Shown one piece after another: positions 45,803 to 55,522 of a stretch of DNA of 64,000 bases; position 1 is the stretch's first letter, and each line of letters begins with the position of its first letter. The stretch comes from Clostridia bacterium (GTDB lineage Bacteria; Bacillota; Clostridia; RGIG6154): positions 2,924-66,923 of the forward strand of contig JAZUPZ010000007.1 of the NCBI GenBank assembly GCA_045605445.1, read 5' to 3'. The translations under genes and the position numbers were made by a program. Below the pieces are notes generated by a model that was given only the letters and a program-made list of their open reading frames with translations, ran no database searches and was not told the DNA's origin.

Positions 45803-46933
45803 ATGATTTACAGAGATTTTCAGGGTAAAAAAATATCAATGCTCGGAATGGGCACAATGCGCTTTCCTTTGGTTGAAGGAAACGATTCTCAGATAGACGA
45901 AGTTAAAACGGCAGAAATGTTTGACATGGCAATAGAAAACGGAGTTAATTATTTTGACACCGCCTGGGGTTATCACAACGGAAACTCCGAGCCGGTGGTG
46001 GGAAAGCTTCTCAAAAAATATCCCAGAGAAAGCTTTTTTCTCGCTTCGAAATTTCCCGGCTACGACCTTAAAAATATTGACAAGGTTGAGGAAATTTTTG
46101 AAAAACAGCTTGAAAGATGCGGCGTTGATTATTTCGATTTTTACCTGTTCCACAACGTTTGCGAAATGAACGTTAATGAATATCTTGACGAAAAATACGG
46201 AATTCTTGAATACCTTCTTAAGCAGAAGGAAAAGGGCAGAATAAAGCATCTTGGCTTTTCTGCTCACGGAAATATGCAGACAATGACAAAGTTCTTAGAG
46301 GCTTACGGAAAGCATATGGAATTTTGTCAGCTTCAGATAAACTGGCTCGACTGGTTCTTCCAGGGAGCAAAGTCCAAGGTTGAGCTTGTTAAAAAGTACA
46401 ACATTCCCGTGTGGATAATGGAGCCGGTAAGGGGCGGAAAGCTTGCAAAGCTTGAAGAAGCTTACGAAAAAACCCTTAAGGAATTAAGACCTGATGAGAG
46501 CATTCCCGCCTGGGCGTTCAGATTTTGCCAGAGTGTTCCGGAAACGGTTGTTATTCTTTCGGGAATGAGCAATATGGAGCAGGTTAAGGAGAATATAAAA
46601 ACCTTTTCAGAGGAAAAGCCTCTTGAAAATAACGAGCTTTCGGCGCTTTATGAAATTGCAGGCAAAATGCTCGACAGAAAAATTCTGCCCTGCACCGCCT
46701 GCCGCTACTGTACCTCTCATTGCCCTAAAGAGCTGGATATCCCAACTCTTATTGACCTTTATAATGAACACAGCTTTTCTGAAGGCGGCTTTATTGCCCC
46801 TATGGCGCTTGAAGCTTTCGAAAGCGAAAAGCTTCCCTCGGCGTGTATCGGTTGCAGAAGCTGCGAGGCGGTATGCCCTCAGAACATAAAAATTGCCGAT
46901 GCAATGGCAGACTTTGTAGCAAGACTGGGGTAG
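45803..46933 (+). CDS. Aldo/keto reductase with a C-terminal 4Fe-4S ferredoxin domain
   Basis: AKR N-terminus and two C-terminal CxxCxxCxxxCP-like motifs. Confidence 0.7.
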   Translation: MIYRDFQGKKISMLGMGTMRFPLVEGNDSQIDEVKTAEMFDMAIENGVNYFDTAWGYHNGNSEPVVGKLLKKYPRESFFLASKFPGYDLKNIDKVEEIFEKQLERCGVDYFDFYLFHNVCEMNVNEYLDEKYGILEYLLKQKEKGRIKHLGFSAHGNMQTMTKFLEAYGKHMEFCQLQINWLDWFFQGAKSKVELVKKYNIPVWIMEPVRGGKLAKLEEAYEKTLKELRPDESIPAWAFRFCQSVPETVVILSGMSNMEQVKENIKTFSEEKPLENNELSALYEIAGKMLDRKILPCTACRYCTSHCPKELDIPTLIDLYNEHSFSEGGFIAPMALEAFESEKLPSACIGCRSCEAVCPQNIKIADAMADFVARLG

Positions 46934-46936
46934 AAA

Positions 46937-48247
46937 ATGATGAAAGGATTTTTAAAGCATCTGGGAGTGTTTTTGCTTACGCTGTTTATCCTGTGGGGAT
47001 TTCTCTATGCTTCGGCGTGCATTCCCAATGAAATGATTTATGAAAATATGATGGAAAGCGCTTTAAGCTACGAGCCCAAGGAGGCTTTTCATCATATAAA
47101 CGGCAGGCTGTGTAATACTCAGGATAATTATGCCGATGTTATTCTTCTTGACGTGTCCTGGGGAATGGGCAGAAATCCGAAGGTTACCCATCTTGACACC
47201 TGGTATCACGAGGACCAGAACAACGGCTTTGAATACGGCTTTGTGCGTTCGCTTACCGAGCCCGACCTGGAGCTTAATACCGATTATTCCCGTTACTGGC
47301 ACGGGAGCGGAGCCTTTGTAAGAATTTTACATCTTTTTACAAATGTAAACGGCATAAAGCTTATTGCTCTGTTTTTTATACTTATGCTTGCCCTTGTAAC
47401 AATAATGATTTTAGTTGATATGAAGCAAAAAATGCTTGCGCTTTTGTTTGGAGCATCCCTTGTTCTTGTTCAGGTATGGAATTTAAGGCTTTCAATGGAA
47501 TATCAGTCAACCTTTATAATTGGCTTTATAATGTGCATCCTCTTTCTTTTTCTTGAAAGAAAGGGGGACAAATGCCTTTCTCTTGCCTCGGTTGCCTGCG
47601 GCGTTACAACCGCCTTTTTCGACTTTCTTACAACCGAAAGCGTAACCTTTATTCTTCCGCTTATTTTAGTTGTGGCGGTAAGATACAAAGAGGACAGGCT
47701 TAAAAGCTTTAAGGAAGAATTTATAAATATAGTAAAATGTGTTTTCGGCTGGGGCTTTGCCTATGTGGGAATGTTTTTGTCAAAATGGACCCTTGCAAGC
47801 CTGGTTACCGGGGAAAACAAATTTACCGAAGCAATACTTTCCGCCTCTGTAAGAGTTGCGGGGGGAAATGACTTTATTGTAAAGGATTTTACTGTGGCAA
47901 GAAGGCTTGTAAACGGGGTTCTTGCAAATGTCTGCGCAGTTTTCGGCGGTGGGGACCGTAGCCTGTGGCTGTTTGCAGTGGTAATGATGCTTGTAATAGC
48001 TCTTCTTGCAACTGCATATTTTTGCATTTTCAAAAGAAATAAAGACAAAACTCCCTTTGCACTTCTTGCAATTCTCGGCGGAGCGGTAATAGTAAGATAT
48101 CTTCTGCTGAGTAATCATTCTTATATTCACTGCTTTTTTACATACAGAGCGCTGGTTTCCTGCTGGTTTGCTCTTTTTGTGAGTATGTATTTTGCAGTTC
48201 TGCCGGGAAAAAACAAAAAGGAGAAAAACTATGACACAAAATCCTGA
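46937..48247 (+). CDS. Multi-pass membrane protein of unknown function (possible GT-C-like glycosyltransferase partner)
   Basis: 436 aa with at least 10 predicted TM helices. Overlaps the downstream GT2 gene. Confidence 0.35.
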   Translation: MMKGFLKHLGVFLLTLFILWGFLYASACIPNEMIYENMMESALSYEPKEAFHHINGRLCNTQDNYADVILLDVSWGMGRNPKVTHLDTWYHEDQNNGFEYGFVRSLTEPDLELNTDYSRYWHGSGAFVRILHLFTNVNGIKLIALFFILMLALVTIMILVDMKQKMLALLFGASLVLVQVWNLRLSMEYQSTFIIGFIMCILFLFLERKGDKCLSLASVACGVTTAFFDFLTTESVTFILPLILVVAVRYKEDRLKSFKEEFINIVKCVFGWGFAYVGMFLSKWTLASLVTGENKFTEAILSASVRVAGGNDFIVKDFTVARRLVNGVLANVCAVFGGGDRSLWLFAVVMMLVIALLATAYFCIFKRNKDKTPFALLAILGGAVIVRYLLLSNHSYIHCFFTYRALVSCWFALFVSMYFAVLPGKNKKEKNYDTKS

Positions 48248-48929
48248 GCTTACGGTTTTAATGCCCTGCCTTAACGAAAAGGAATCTCTTGCCTTTTGTA
48301 TAAGGGAGGCTCTTGAATGTATAAAAGAAAACAACCTTTCTGCTGAGGTTTTAATTGCCGATAACGGAAGCACCGACGGGTCTGTTGAAATAGCAGAAAA
48401 AGAGGGCGCAAGAGTTGCCCATATAGAGAAAAAGGGCTACGGAAACGCTCTTATCGGCGGAATAAAGGAAGCAAGGGGAAAATATATAATAATGGGCGAC
48501 TGCGACGGAAGCTATAACTTTTCCCATTTAATGCGCTTTGTTGAAAAGCTCCGCATGGGGTATACTCTTGTTATGGGGAACCGCTTTAAGGGCGGAATTG
48601 AAAAGGATGCAATGCCCTTTTCCCATAAATATATCGGCGTGCCCGCTCTGTCCTTTATCGGCAGAGTGAGATACAGAACGAAAATCGGAGATTTTCATTG
48701 CGGTTTAAGAGGCTTTGACAGAGAAAAGGCGCTTTCTTTTAATCTTGAATGCGGCGGAATGGAATTTGCAACGGAAATAATAGGCAAATTCGCTCTTGCA
48801 AAGGAAAAAATCTGCGAGGTGCCCACCAATTTAAGAAAAGACTTGAGAGGCAGAAAGCCTCATTTAAGAAGCATCCCCGACGGACTGAGACATCTGAATT
48901 TAATTCTCTTCAACAAAAAAGGAAAATAA
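48230..48929 (+). CDS. Family 2 glycosyltransferase (polyprenyl-phosphate sugar transferase-like)
   Basis: PCLNE...ADNGSTDGS GT2 motifs. RBS AAGGAGA precedes the ATG near 48230. Confidence 0.7.
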
Positions 48930-49049
48930 AACCCTTTGCCGGGCGTAGCGAAAAACGCCCGGCAAAATTGTATCTTGGTATGAAATATCCCTCTTGGTAA
49001 GAAAAATTTTTTGTGTGGTACAATAAAGAAAAAATATAAGGAGAATAAT

Positions 49050-51224
49050 ATGGCAACATTCAAAGTAAAAGTTAAAAATGAAAACGAAGTGGAGAAAAAA
49101 CCAAGGGTGTACTTTACCTGTCATCCGGAGGATTTTGAAAAGTACTTTGATAAAATCTGCAACGATATTTTTAAAACTCACGATTGCGCCATTTACTATA
49201 AAGAGGATATGACCGAAAGAATTAAAGAGGAGGAAAAAGAGGCAGACCTTGGTCGAAACAACCTTTTTGTTGTTCCCGTTACATACAGGCTTTTGTCTGA
49301 GCCGAACCCTGCAATGGACGAGGAAATTCCCTATGCCGTAAAGGAGCATATTCCCGTCCTTCCCGTTATGATGGAGCCGAGGCTTGATGCAGTTTATTCA
49401 AAGCCCGATAAATTCGGCGAGCTTCAGTATCTTAACCCCTTCAGTACAGACTTAACGGAAATTTCCTACGGGGAAAAGCTTAAAAAATACTTAGAGTCTG
49501 TTTTAATAAGCAATGAAATGGCAGAGCGAATCCGCAAAGCCTTTGATGCCTACATTTTTTTAAGCTACCGTAAAAAGGACAGAAAATATGCCAACGAGCT
49601 TATGAGGCTTATTCACAGCAATCCCGAATGCCGAGACATTGCCATATGGTTTGACGAGTTTTTAACTCCCGGGGAAAGCTTTAAAAAGACAATAGAAAAA
49701 ATGCTTGACGACTGCAAGCTGTTTACCCTTCTTGTAACTCCTCAGCTTCTTGAAAAGGTTGTTGATGAAAAAGGAGAGGAGAGAGACAATTATGTTGTTT
49801 CAACCGAGCTTCCTCTGGCAAGGGAAAAGAAAAAGGAAAATGGAACAGATATTTTTGCCGTTGAAATGGAGGAAACCAACAGAGAAGAACTTTCTTTGAT
49901 AGATATAAAAGAATGTGTAAATTCAAAGGATGAGGAATTCAGAAACCGCCTGATTGAAGCAATCTCAAAAATTGCAACAAAGGAGAATAACACTCCCGAG
50001 CACAACTTTTTAATAGGACTTGCTTACCTTGATGGTATCGACGTTGAGGTTGACAGAGAAAAAGGCATTGAGCTTGTAACTTCCTCCGCAGAAGAAGGCC
50101 TTCTCGAGGCAATGGAAAGGCTCTGCTCAATTTATTCTGAAGGTATAGGTACAAATGTTGATTACAAAAAAGCAGTATACTGGGCGGAAAAAATCGTGGA
50201 GTATAACAAAAAATGCCACGGCGATGAGCATCCCGATACTTTAGATGCGCTTCACAAGCTTGCATATACATACAACATTTGCGGAGATTACAGAAAATCA
50301 ATAGAGCTGAATGAAAATGTATACAATTTAATGTGCCGTGTGTTGGGTGAGGAACATCCTGACACGTTGTCGGCCTTAAATAATATGGCAACGGGATACA
50401 TCTTTCTTGGAAAATATGAAAAAGCTCTTACGTTAGAAAAAAAGGTGTATAAAATAATCCGCAGAATATCGGGAGAAAAAAGTTCGGATGCACTTAAAAT
50501 TCTGGGTAATCTGGGATATATTTATACTAAACTCAACAAGCATAACAAAGCATTGGAAATACAGAAAAATGCGTATGAGCTGAGCTGCAGAATACACGGA
50601 GAAAATGACGGGGAAACATTGATATATCTTCATAACCTTGGTTTAGCATACGGAAATCTTAATGAACACGAAAAAGCCCTGGAGCTTAAACAGAAGGCAT
50701 ATGATATGAACTGCGAAATTTCGGGGGCTGAGCACCCGAAAACATTGGCAGCAATGAATAATCTGGCGCACACCTTAGGCAGTCTTAAAAAATATGAAAA
50801 AGCTATAGAGCTTAAAGAAAAGGCATGCGATATCGGCAAAAGGGTGTTGGGAGAAGAGCATCCCGATGTGCTGATATATATGAACAGTCTTGGAATTACA
50901 TACAGCGATAATAAAGAATATTTCAAAGCCCTTAAAATTTATAAAAGGGTGTACGAACTGAGAACTAAGGTGTTGGGAGAAAATGCGCCCGATACAATTG
51001 ACAGCTTGTATAATATAGCTTTTAATACTTATGCTTCAGGGGATGGCAAGCAGGCATTTTTGTTACTTAAAAAGGCTTACGAAAAACACTGCGAGGTGTT
51101 TGGCGAAAACGACCCGGAAACTGTTGGAATCCTGAAAGAGCTGGTGCAAATTGCCGGTTTAACAGGTAACCTGCCGGCGGAAATGATTTACAAAAACAAG
51201 CTGAAAAGCCTGAAAAAGAGCTGA
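49050..51224 (+). CDS. Tandem-TIR-domain protein with C-terminal kinesin-light-chain-type TPR repeats
   Basis: Second TIR: YIFLSYRKKD...IAIWFDEFLTPGESFKKTIEKMLDDCKLFTLLVTPQLL...VVSTELPLA. First TIR-like: RVYFTCHPEDF...VVPVTYRLLSE. At least 8 HPDTL-type TPRs. RBS AAGGAGA. Confidence 0.55.
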   Translation: MATFKVKVKNENEVEKKPRVYFTCHPEDFEKYFDKICNDIFKTHDCAIYYKEDMTERIKEEEKEADLGRNNLFVVPVTYRLLSEPNPAMDEEIPYAVKEHIPVLPVMMEPRLDAVYSKPDKFGELQYLNPFSTDLTEISYGEKLKKYLESVLISNEMAERIRKAFDAYIFLSYRKKDRKYANELMRLIHSNPECRDIAIWFDEFLTPGESFKKTIEKMLDDCKLFTLLVTPQLLEKVVDEKGEERDNYVVSTELPLAREKKKENGTDIFAVEMEETNREELSLIDIKECVNSKDEEFRNRLIEAISKIATKENNTPEHNFLIGLAYLDGIDVEVDREKGIELVTSSAEEGLLEAMERLCSIYSEGIGTNVDYKKAVYWAEKIVEYNKKCHGDEHPDTLDALHKLAYTYNICGDYRKSIELNENVYNLMCRVLGEEHPDTLSALNNMATGYIFLGKYEKALTLEKKVYKIIRRISGEKSSDALKILGNLGYIYTKLNKHNKALEIQKNAYELSCRIHGENDGETLIYLHNLGLAYGNLNEHEKALELKQKAYDMNCEISGAEHPKTLAAMNNLAHTLGSLKKYEKAIELKEKACDIGKRVLGEEHPDVLIYMNSLGITYSDNKEYFKALKIYKRVYELRTKVLGENAPDTIDSLYNIAFNTYASGDGKQAFLLLKKAYEKHCEVFGENDPETVGILKELVQIAGLTGNLPAEMIYKNKLKSLKKS

Positions 51225-51326
51225 GAGAGCAAAGAGTTTATCCGTTTTTTGTTGCATATTATGAGCATTTGTGGTAAAATTGAGAATGCTTTTGTTATGA
51301 AACTTTAAAGAAACGGAGATTTTGAA

Positions 51327-52244
51327 ATGCTTGAAAATGCACTGACAGTAGGAAGTAACGTTTTAATTTTGTTTATACTTATAGCGGTGGGATACATCTG
51401 CAATAAAACAAAGCTTTTGTCCGCAAAAGGCATTAAGGATATGACAAGCTTTGTTTTGTATATTGTAACCCCCTGCGTTATCGTAAATTCTTATCAGAGA
51501 GAATTTGACAAGGAAATGCTTATAGGCCTGGGACTTACTCTTCTCACCTCTTTTTTGTCTTTCGTTGCAAATATTTTACTTGCACATCTTTGTGTTAAAG
51601 ACAGCGATAAAAGAAGAGAAAAAACCTTAAGATTCGGAGCGGTGTTCTCTAACTGCGGATTTATGTCTCTGCCCCTTCAGAAGGCAATGCTGGGGGATAT
51701 CGGCGTATTTTACGGCGCAACCTATATCGCAGTTTTCCAGATTTTAATCTGGACCTACGGCGTTATTCTTATGAGCGGTAATTCAAAAAACTTTTCAATA
51801 AAAAAAATCATACTTAATCCCGGCGTAATAGGAACAACAATAGGAATAGTTCTTTTTGTATGCTCAGTTTCCCTGCCAACGGTAATACTTGAGCCCTTAA
51901 AGCATTTTGCGTCTTTGAACACTCCTGTTCCTATGGTTATAGTGGGATATCATCTTGCAAATTCAAGCTTTAAGGTTAAAGGACTGTCGGCATATGTTTC
52001 GGGAATATTAAGACTTGTTGTTTCTCCCATAATTATGGTGCTCATTTTATGGCTCTTTAAAATCAGCGGAGATATTATGGTTGCCTGCACAATTGCGGCA
52101 GCAGCACCAATTGCGGCAAACACAACTATGTTTTCCGAAAAATTCGGCGGTGATACAGCAGTATCTGCCTCGCTTGTTTCAATAACAACCCTTTTGTCAA
52201 TAATAACAATGCCCCTTATCGTAGGATTTTCCGCAACGCTGTAA
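51327..52244 (+). CDS. AEC-family (auxin efflux carrier/MleP-like) transporter
   Basis: 305 aa with 8-10 TM helices and a typical AEC N-terminus. Confidence 0.65.
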   Translation: MLENALTVGSNVLILFILIAVGYICNKTKLLSAKGIKDMTSFVLYIVTPCVIVNSYQREFDKEMLIGLGLTLLTSFLSFVANILLAHLCVKDSDKRREKTLRFGAVFSNCGFMSLPLQKAMLGDIGVFYGATYIAVFQILIWTYGVILMSGNSKNFSIKKIILNPGVIGTTIGIVLFVCSVSLPTVILEPLKHFASLNTPVPMVIVGYHLANSSFKVKGLSAYVSGILRLVVSPIIMVLILWLFKISGDIMVACTIAAAAPIAANTTMFSEKFGGDTAVSASLVSITTLLSIITMPLIVGFSATL

Positions 52245-52256
52245 TAAGGTGATGTT

Positions 52257-52508
52257 ATGAATATGAGGAAAAAGAAAAATATATTTACAGTCTGCATAGT
52301 TGCAATTCTTTTAATTGCATTTTCTGTTTATCTTGTACCCGATGCCATAAAGCCTTTTTTTATGGCGGTATCCATAATTTCAGTTACAATTTTTATGATA
52401 GTGTTTTTTGCAATGTGGCGATGCCCGCACTGCGGCAGAAGTCTTGGCAGGCTCGATAACGCAACTCATTGTAAATATTGTGGCAAAAAACTCTACGAAA
52501 ATGAATAA
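52257..52508 (+). CDS. Small membrane protein with a C-terminal zinc ribbon
   Basis: 83 aa with two TM helices and CPHCG...CKYCG. Confidence 0.4.
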   Translation: MNMRKKKNIFTVCIVAILLIAFSVYLVPDAIKPFFMAVSIISVTIFMIVFFAMWRCPHCGRSLGRLDNATHCKYCGKKLYENE

Positions 52509-52586
52509 AATCAAACAAAGTCAGGCGATTTGCCTGACTTTTTACATCAACTATTCACTAAAAAAGAGCCTTTCGGCTCTTTTTAT
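52507..52586. repeat. D-type repeat carrying two terminator hairpins (copy 1)
   Basis: AAAATCAAACAAAGTCAGGCGATTTGCCTGACTTTTTACATCAACTATTCACT...AAAAAGAGCCTTTCGGCTCTTTTT. The second copy is at 53897-53997. Confidence 0.65.
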
Positions 52587-52789
52587 TTGTTCATTTTCGG
52601 ATTGTCGGTTCTTCCGAGAAGGTAATCAATCGAAACATCGAAGTAATCTGCAAACATAATAAGAGTGGCATAATCAGCTTCCCTTGCTCCGCTTTCGTAT
52701 CTGCTTATGCTGTTCTGATTCATATTCAAATCCATTGCAAGCTTTAACTGTGAAATTCCTTTTTCTTTTCGAAGAGCCTTAAGCCTCAT
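52583..52789 (-). CDS. XRE-family (Cro/C1-type) HTH regulator
   Basis: 68 aa with SQLKLAMDLNMNQNSISRYESG. Confidence 0.7.
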   Translation of the reverse strand: MRLKALRKEKGISQLKLAMDLNMNQNSISRYESGAREADYATLIMFADYFDVSIDYLLGRTDNPKMNK

Positions 52790-52790
52790 T

Positions 52791-52819
52791 GAATCACCTC
52801 TTGACTTTATTATCCCACT
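52791..52819 (+). promoter_or_regulatory. Promoter TTGACT-17-TATAAT
   Basis: Read directly from the sequence, in the divergent region between the XRE gene and the secreted-protein gene. Confidence 0.45.
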
Positions 52820-52875
52820 TTGGTATAATAAAAATATCCCAAAACGGGATATTTATTCAACAAAGGAGAATGAAC

Positions 52876-53883
52876 ATGAAAAAACTTATTACAATGGTAT
52901 TGGTTTTAAGTATGCTTATCAGCTGCTTTGCCGCTCTTCCTGCCCAGGCAAGAGTAGGAGATGTTGTAGGAACAGCATGGCACACAGATATTGTTACATA
53001 CATAAACCACTATGCGGTTCCGACTTATGTTGTTAACGACAGAGTTGTTGTTATTGCGGAAGATTTAAGAAACTTCGGCTTTAGTGTTATCTGGGACGGA
53101 ACCCAGAGAACTCTTACGATCTACAGAGACACCTATATCAACGTCGTAAAAATGATGAACGTAACCAAGGCCGGACAGCCTTCTACAAAATACAGAGATG
53201 TTCTTGAAACAGATATCAGAGTTTATGCAGGCGGAAGACAAATTACTTCTTATAACATCAACGGAATGACAATGATTCCTCTTGAAGAGCTCACAATGTT
53301 TGGCAGCTTTGTATGGCTGGATGAACAGAGAGTTCTCAAAATGTGGGTAGAAGACGGACTTTCAATGAACTCAACAATGCAGTATGTTGCGCCTTACGGT
53401 CAGGCTCCCGCACCAACACCAACTCCGACACCTTCTTATCCTTCTTACAATTCCTATTCTTCATCGTTTAATAATTTGAAAAATACAATACGCACAAAAG
53501 GAAGATATGTTACCGAAGGAGCTTATGCTTTAAGTCGTTCTTACAGCAACGGCTCTGAAATATCTTTAATGTATCTTCCTTCATCAGGTACAGCAGGAAA
53601 CTTTATAACTCTTTCGTTTTACCCTTATAAGGGCGATCGTGACAGCAGAGTAACCTTTTTTATAGAGGAAGATAAAACAATCCTCCTTCCGTGGGTTCTT
53701 ATTAAAATAGACGATGTAACTGCCTTTCAGGCAGAATTTAATAACGGAATAATGGAAGTTGAAAAAGGTCAATATACCTCCTCTACGTCCGGTTTGCTTA
53801 AATCTTGTATTTCACTTTTTGAAGAAGAATTATCCGACTGGGGATGTAATATAAAATTGAGCGACTTTGGTATTACTTATTGA
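52876..53883 (+). CDS. Secreted protein with a CuAO-N-like cell-surface domain, PT linker and unknown C-terminal domain
   Basis: Signal peptide MKKLITMVLVLSMLISCFAALPAQA, a PAPTPTPTPS linker, and RBS AAGGAGA. Confidence 0.5.
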   Translation: MKKLITMVLVLSMLISCFAALPAQARVGDVVGTAWHTDIVTYINHYAVPTYVVNDRVVVIAEDLRNFGFSVIWDGTQRTLTIYRDTYINVVKMMNVTKAGQPSTKYRDVLETDIRVYAGGRQITSYNINGMTMIPLEELTMFGSFVWLDEQRVLKMWVEDGLSMNSTMQYVAPYGQAPAPTPTPTPSYPSYNSYSSSFNNLKNTIRTKGRYVTEGAYALSRSYSNGSEISLMYLPSSGTAGNFITLSFYPYKGDRDSRVTFFIEEDKTILLPWVLIKIDDVTAFQAEFNNGIMEVEKGQYTSSTSGLLKSCISLFEEELSDWGCNIKLSDFGITY

Positions 53884-53896
53884 TATAACTGAAAAA

Positions 53897-53997
53897 TAAA
53901 ATCAAACAAAGTCAGGCGATTTGCCTGACTTTTTACATCAACTATTCACTATTCATTATTCACTATTAACTAAAAAAGAGCCTTTCGGCTCTTTTTT
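53897..53997. repeat. D-type repeat copy 2, with expanded ACTATTCA heptad repeats
   Basis: Same two hairpins as copy 1. Confidence 0.65.
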
Positions 53998-54449
53998 TAT
54001 ACAAACAATTCCTCCGAATCAAGGGGGATGGTGAAGGGTCCGTCGTTTAAGAGGGAAACCTTCATATCTGCGCCGAAAATTCCGTGCTCAACCTTTTTGA
54101 AGCATTGAGAGAATTTTGTAAGGCAGTATTCGTAAAGGGCATTTGCGTGGTCGGGCTTTGCACCGCCGTTAAAAGAGGGGCGGTTGCCCTTTCTGCAGTT
54201 AGCATAAAGGGTGAACTGGGAAACAACGAGAATTTCCGCTCCCACATCATCTGCCGCAAGATTTGTTTTTCCGTTTTCGTCTTCAAAAATTCTTAGCTTG
54301 TGAATTTTTTCAACCATTTTGTCGCAAATTTCCTCGGTGTCGGTTTCTGCAACGCCAAGGAGGGCAAGGTAGCCGTGGCCTATTTTACCAACGGTTTCCC
54401 CTTCAACCTCAACAGAGGCTTCTCTTACTCTCTGAAGTATTACTTTCAT
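53997..54449 (-). CDS. dtd: D-aminoacyl-tRNA deacylase
   Basis: 150 aa with the SQFTLYA motif. Confidence 0.85.
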   Translation of the reverse strand: MKVILQRVREASVEVEGETVGKIGHGYLALLGVAETDTEEICDKMVEKIHKLRIFEDENGKTNLAADDVGAEILVVSQFTLYANCRKGNRPSFNGGAKPDHANALYEYCLTKFSQCFKKVEHGIFGADMKVSLLNDGPFTIPLDSEELFV

Positions 54450-55522
54450 ATATATTTCCTTTCAACGGCGCTGTCGGTTAAAATAGGGTTTGCATCGGCA
54501 ATAACAATGTCTCCGGCTTTAACGTTAAGTCCCGTTACGTCGGCAATAATGTTAAACATTCCAATTCGTCCCAGAATCTGAGCCCTTTTGCCGTTTATTT
54601 CAACGAAGTATTTTTTTGGTTTAAGGTCATTGTAAATATATCTTAAAATATCGAAAAATCTGAAGGCGTCGTTTTTCTTTTCAACCATAAAGCCGTCGGC
54701 ATAGCCAATTGGAATTATAGCCGTTTGAGTGTCCCTTTTAACCTTAAAGGTGTTGGCATAGCCAATGTTTTCGCCCTTTTTAAGAGCGTTTGTTTCAATT
54801 ACCTTCGATTTTAAATAGCCAACTTTTTTAAGACCAAATGCCTTTGCGCCCTCAATTCTTCCAAGAAGCGCCGAGCCGGCTCTTACCATATCAAAATGAG
54901 TATTTTCATATTTTAAGAAGGCAGAGGAATTCGCCGCGTGAAGAACTCCCGTTTCAAAGCCCTTTTCGTTAAGGTATTCAACCGCTTTTTCAAACTTTTC
55001 TCTTTGTTTTTCAACAAAATCAGGCTTTTTGGCAAAGCTGAAGGAAAAGTGGGTAAAGGTTCCGCAAAAGCTTATTTCAAGCTCCCTTAAGGAAAGAATT
55101 TCCTCAAGACGGTCAACGTCAAAGCCGCATCTGCCCATACCCGTGTTTATCTCAAGGTGGGCAAGAGGTTTTTTGCTAAGCTCTTTTCCTGCTTTATCTA
55201 AAGCAAAAGCGCTCTCAACCGAGCCTACTGTTGCAACAATATTGTTTTCAACAATTTTAAGGGCATCCTCTTTATCTGCATAAGAGGTTAAAAGAAGAAT
55301 GTCCGCCTCAATGCCGTTTTTTCTTAAAAGTAACGATTCTTCAAGGGTTGAGGTTCCCAGCAAATCAACTCCGTTTTCAAGAAGAAGCTTTGCATAGGGA
55401 ACAAGGTCCATTCCGTAACCGTTACACTTAACTATTCCGCAAAGGGGAACGCCCTTTGCCTTTTCCTTTAAAACCTTTATATTATGCTTTAAAAGCTCTT
55501 TTTCAATAATATATTCTTTCAT
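54446..55522 (-). CDS. Alanine racemase family (PLP fold-type III) protein
   Basis: VKCNGYGMD aligns with the VKANAYGHG PLP-lysine region. Alanine racemase N- and C-domain architecture. Confidence 0.6.
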   Translation of the reverse strand: MKEYIIEKELLKHNIKVLKEKAKGVPLCGIVKCNGYGMDLVPYAKLLLENGVDLLGTSTLEESLLLRKNGIEADILLLTSYADKEDALKIVENNIVATVGSVESAFALDKAGKELSKKPLAHLEINTGMGRCGFDVDRLEEILSLRELEISFCGTFTHFSFSFAKKPDFVEKQREKFEKAVEYLNEKGFETGVLHAANSSAFLKYENTHFDMVRAGSALLGRIEGAKAFGLKKVGYLKSKVIETNALKKGENIGYANTFKVKRDTQTAIIPIGYADGFMVEKKNDAFRFFDILRYIYNDLKPKKYFVEINGKRAQILGRIGMFNIIADVTGLNVKAGDIVIADANPILTDSAVERKYI

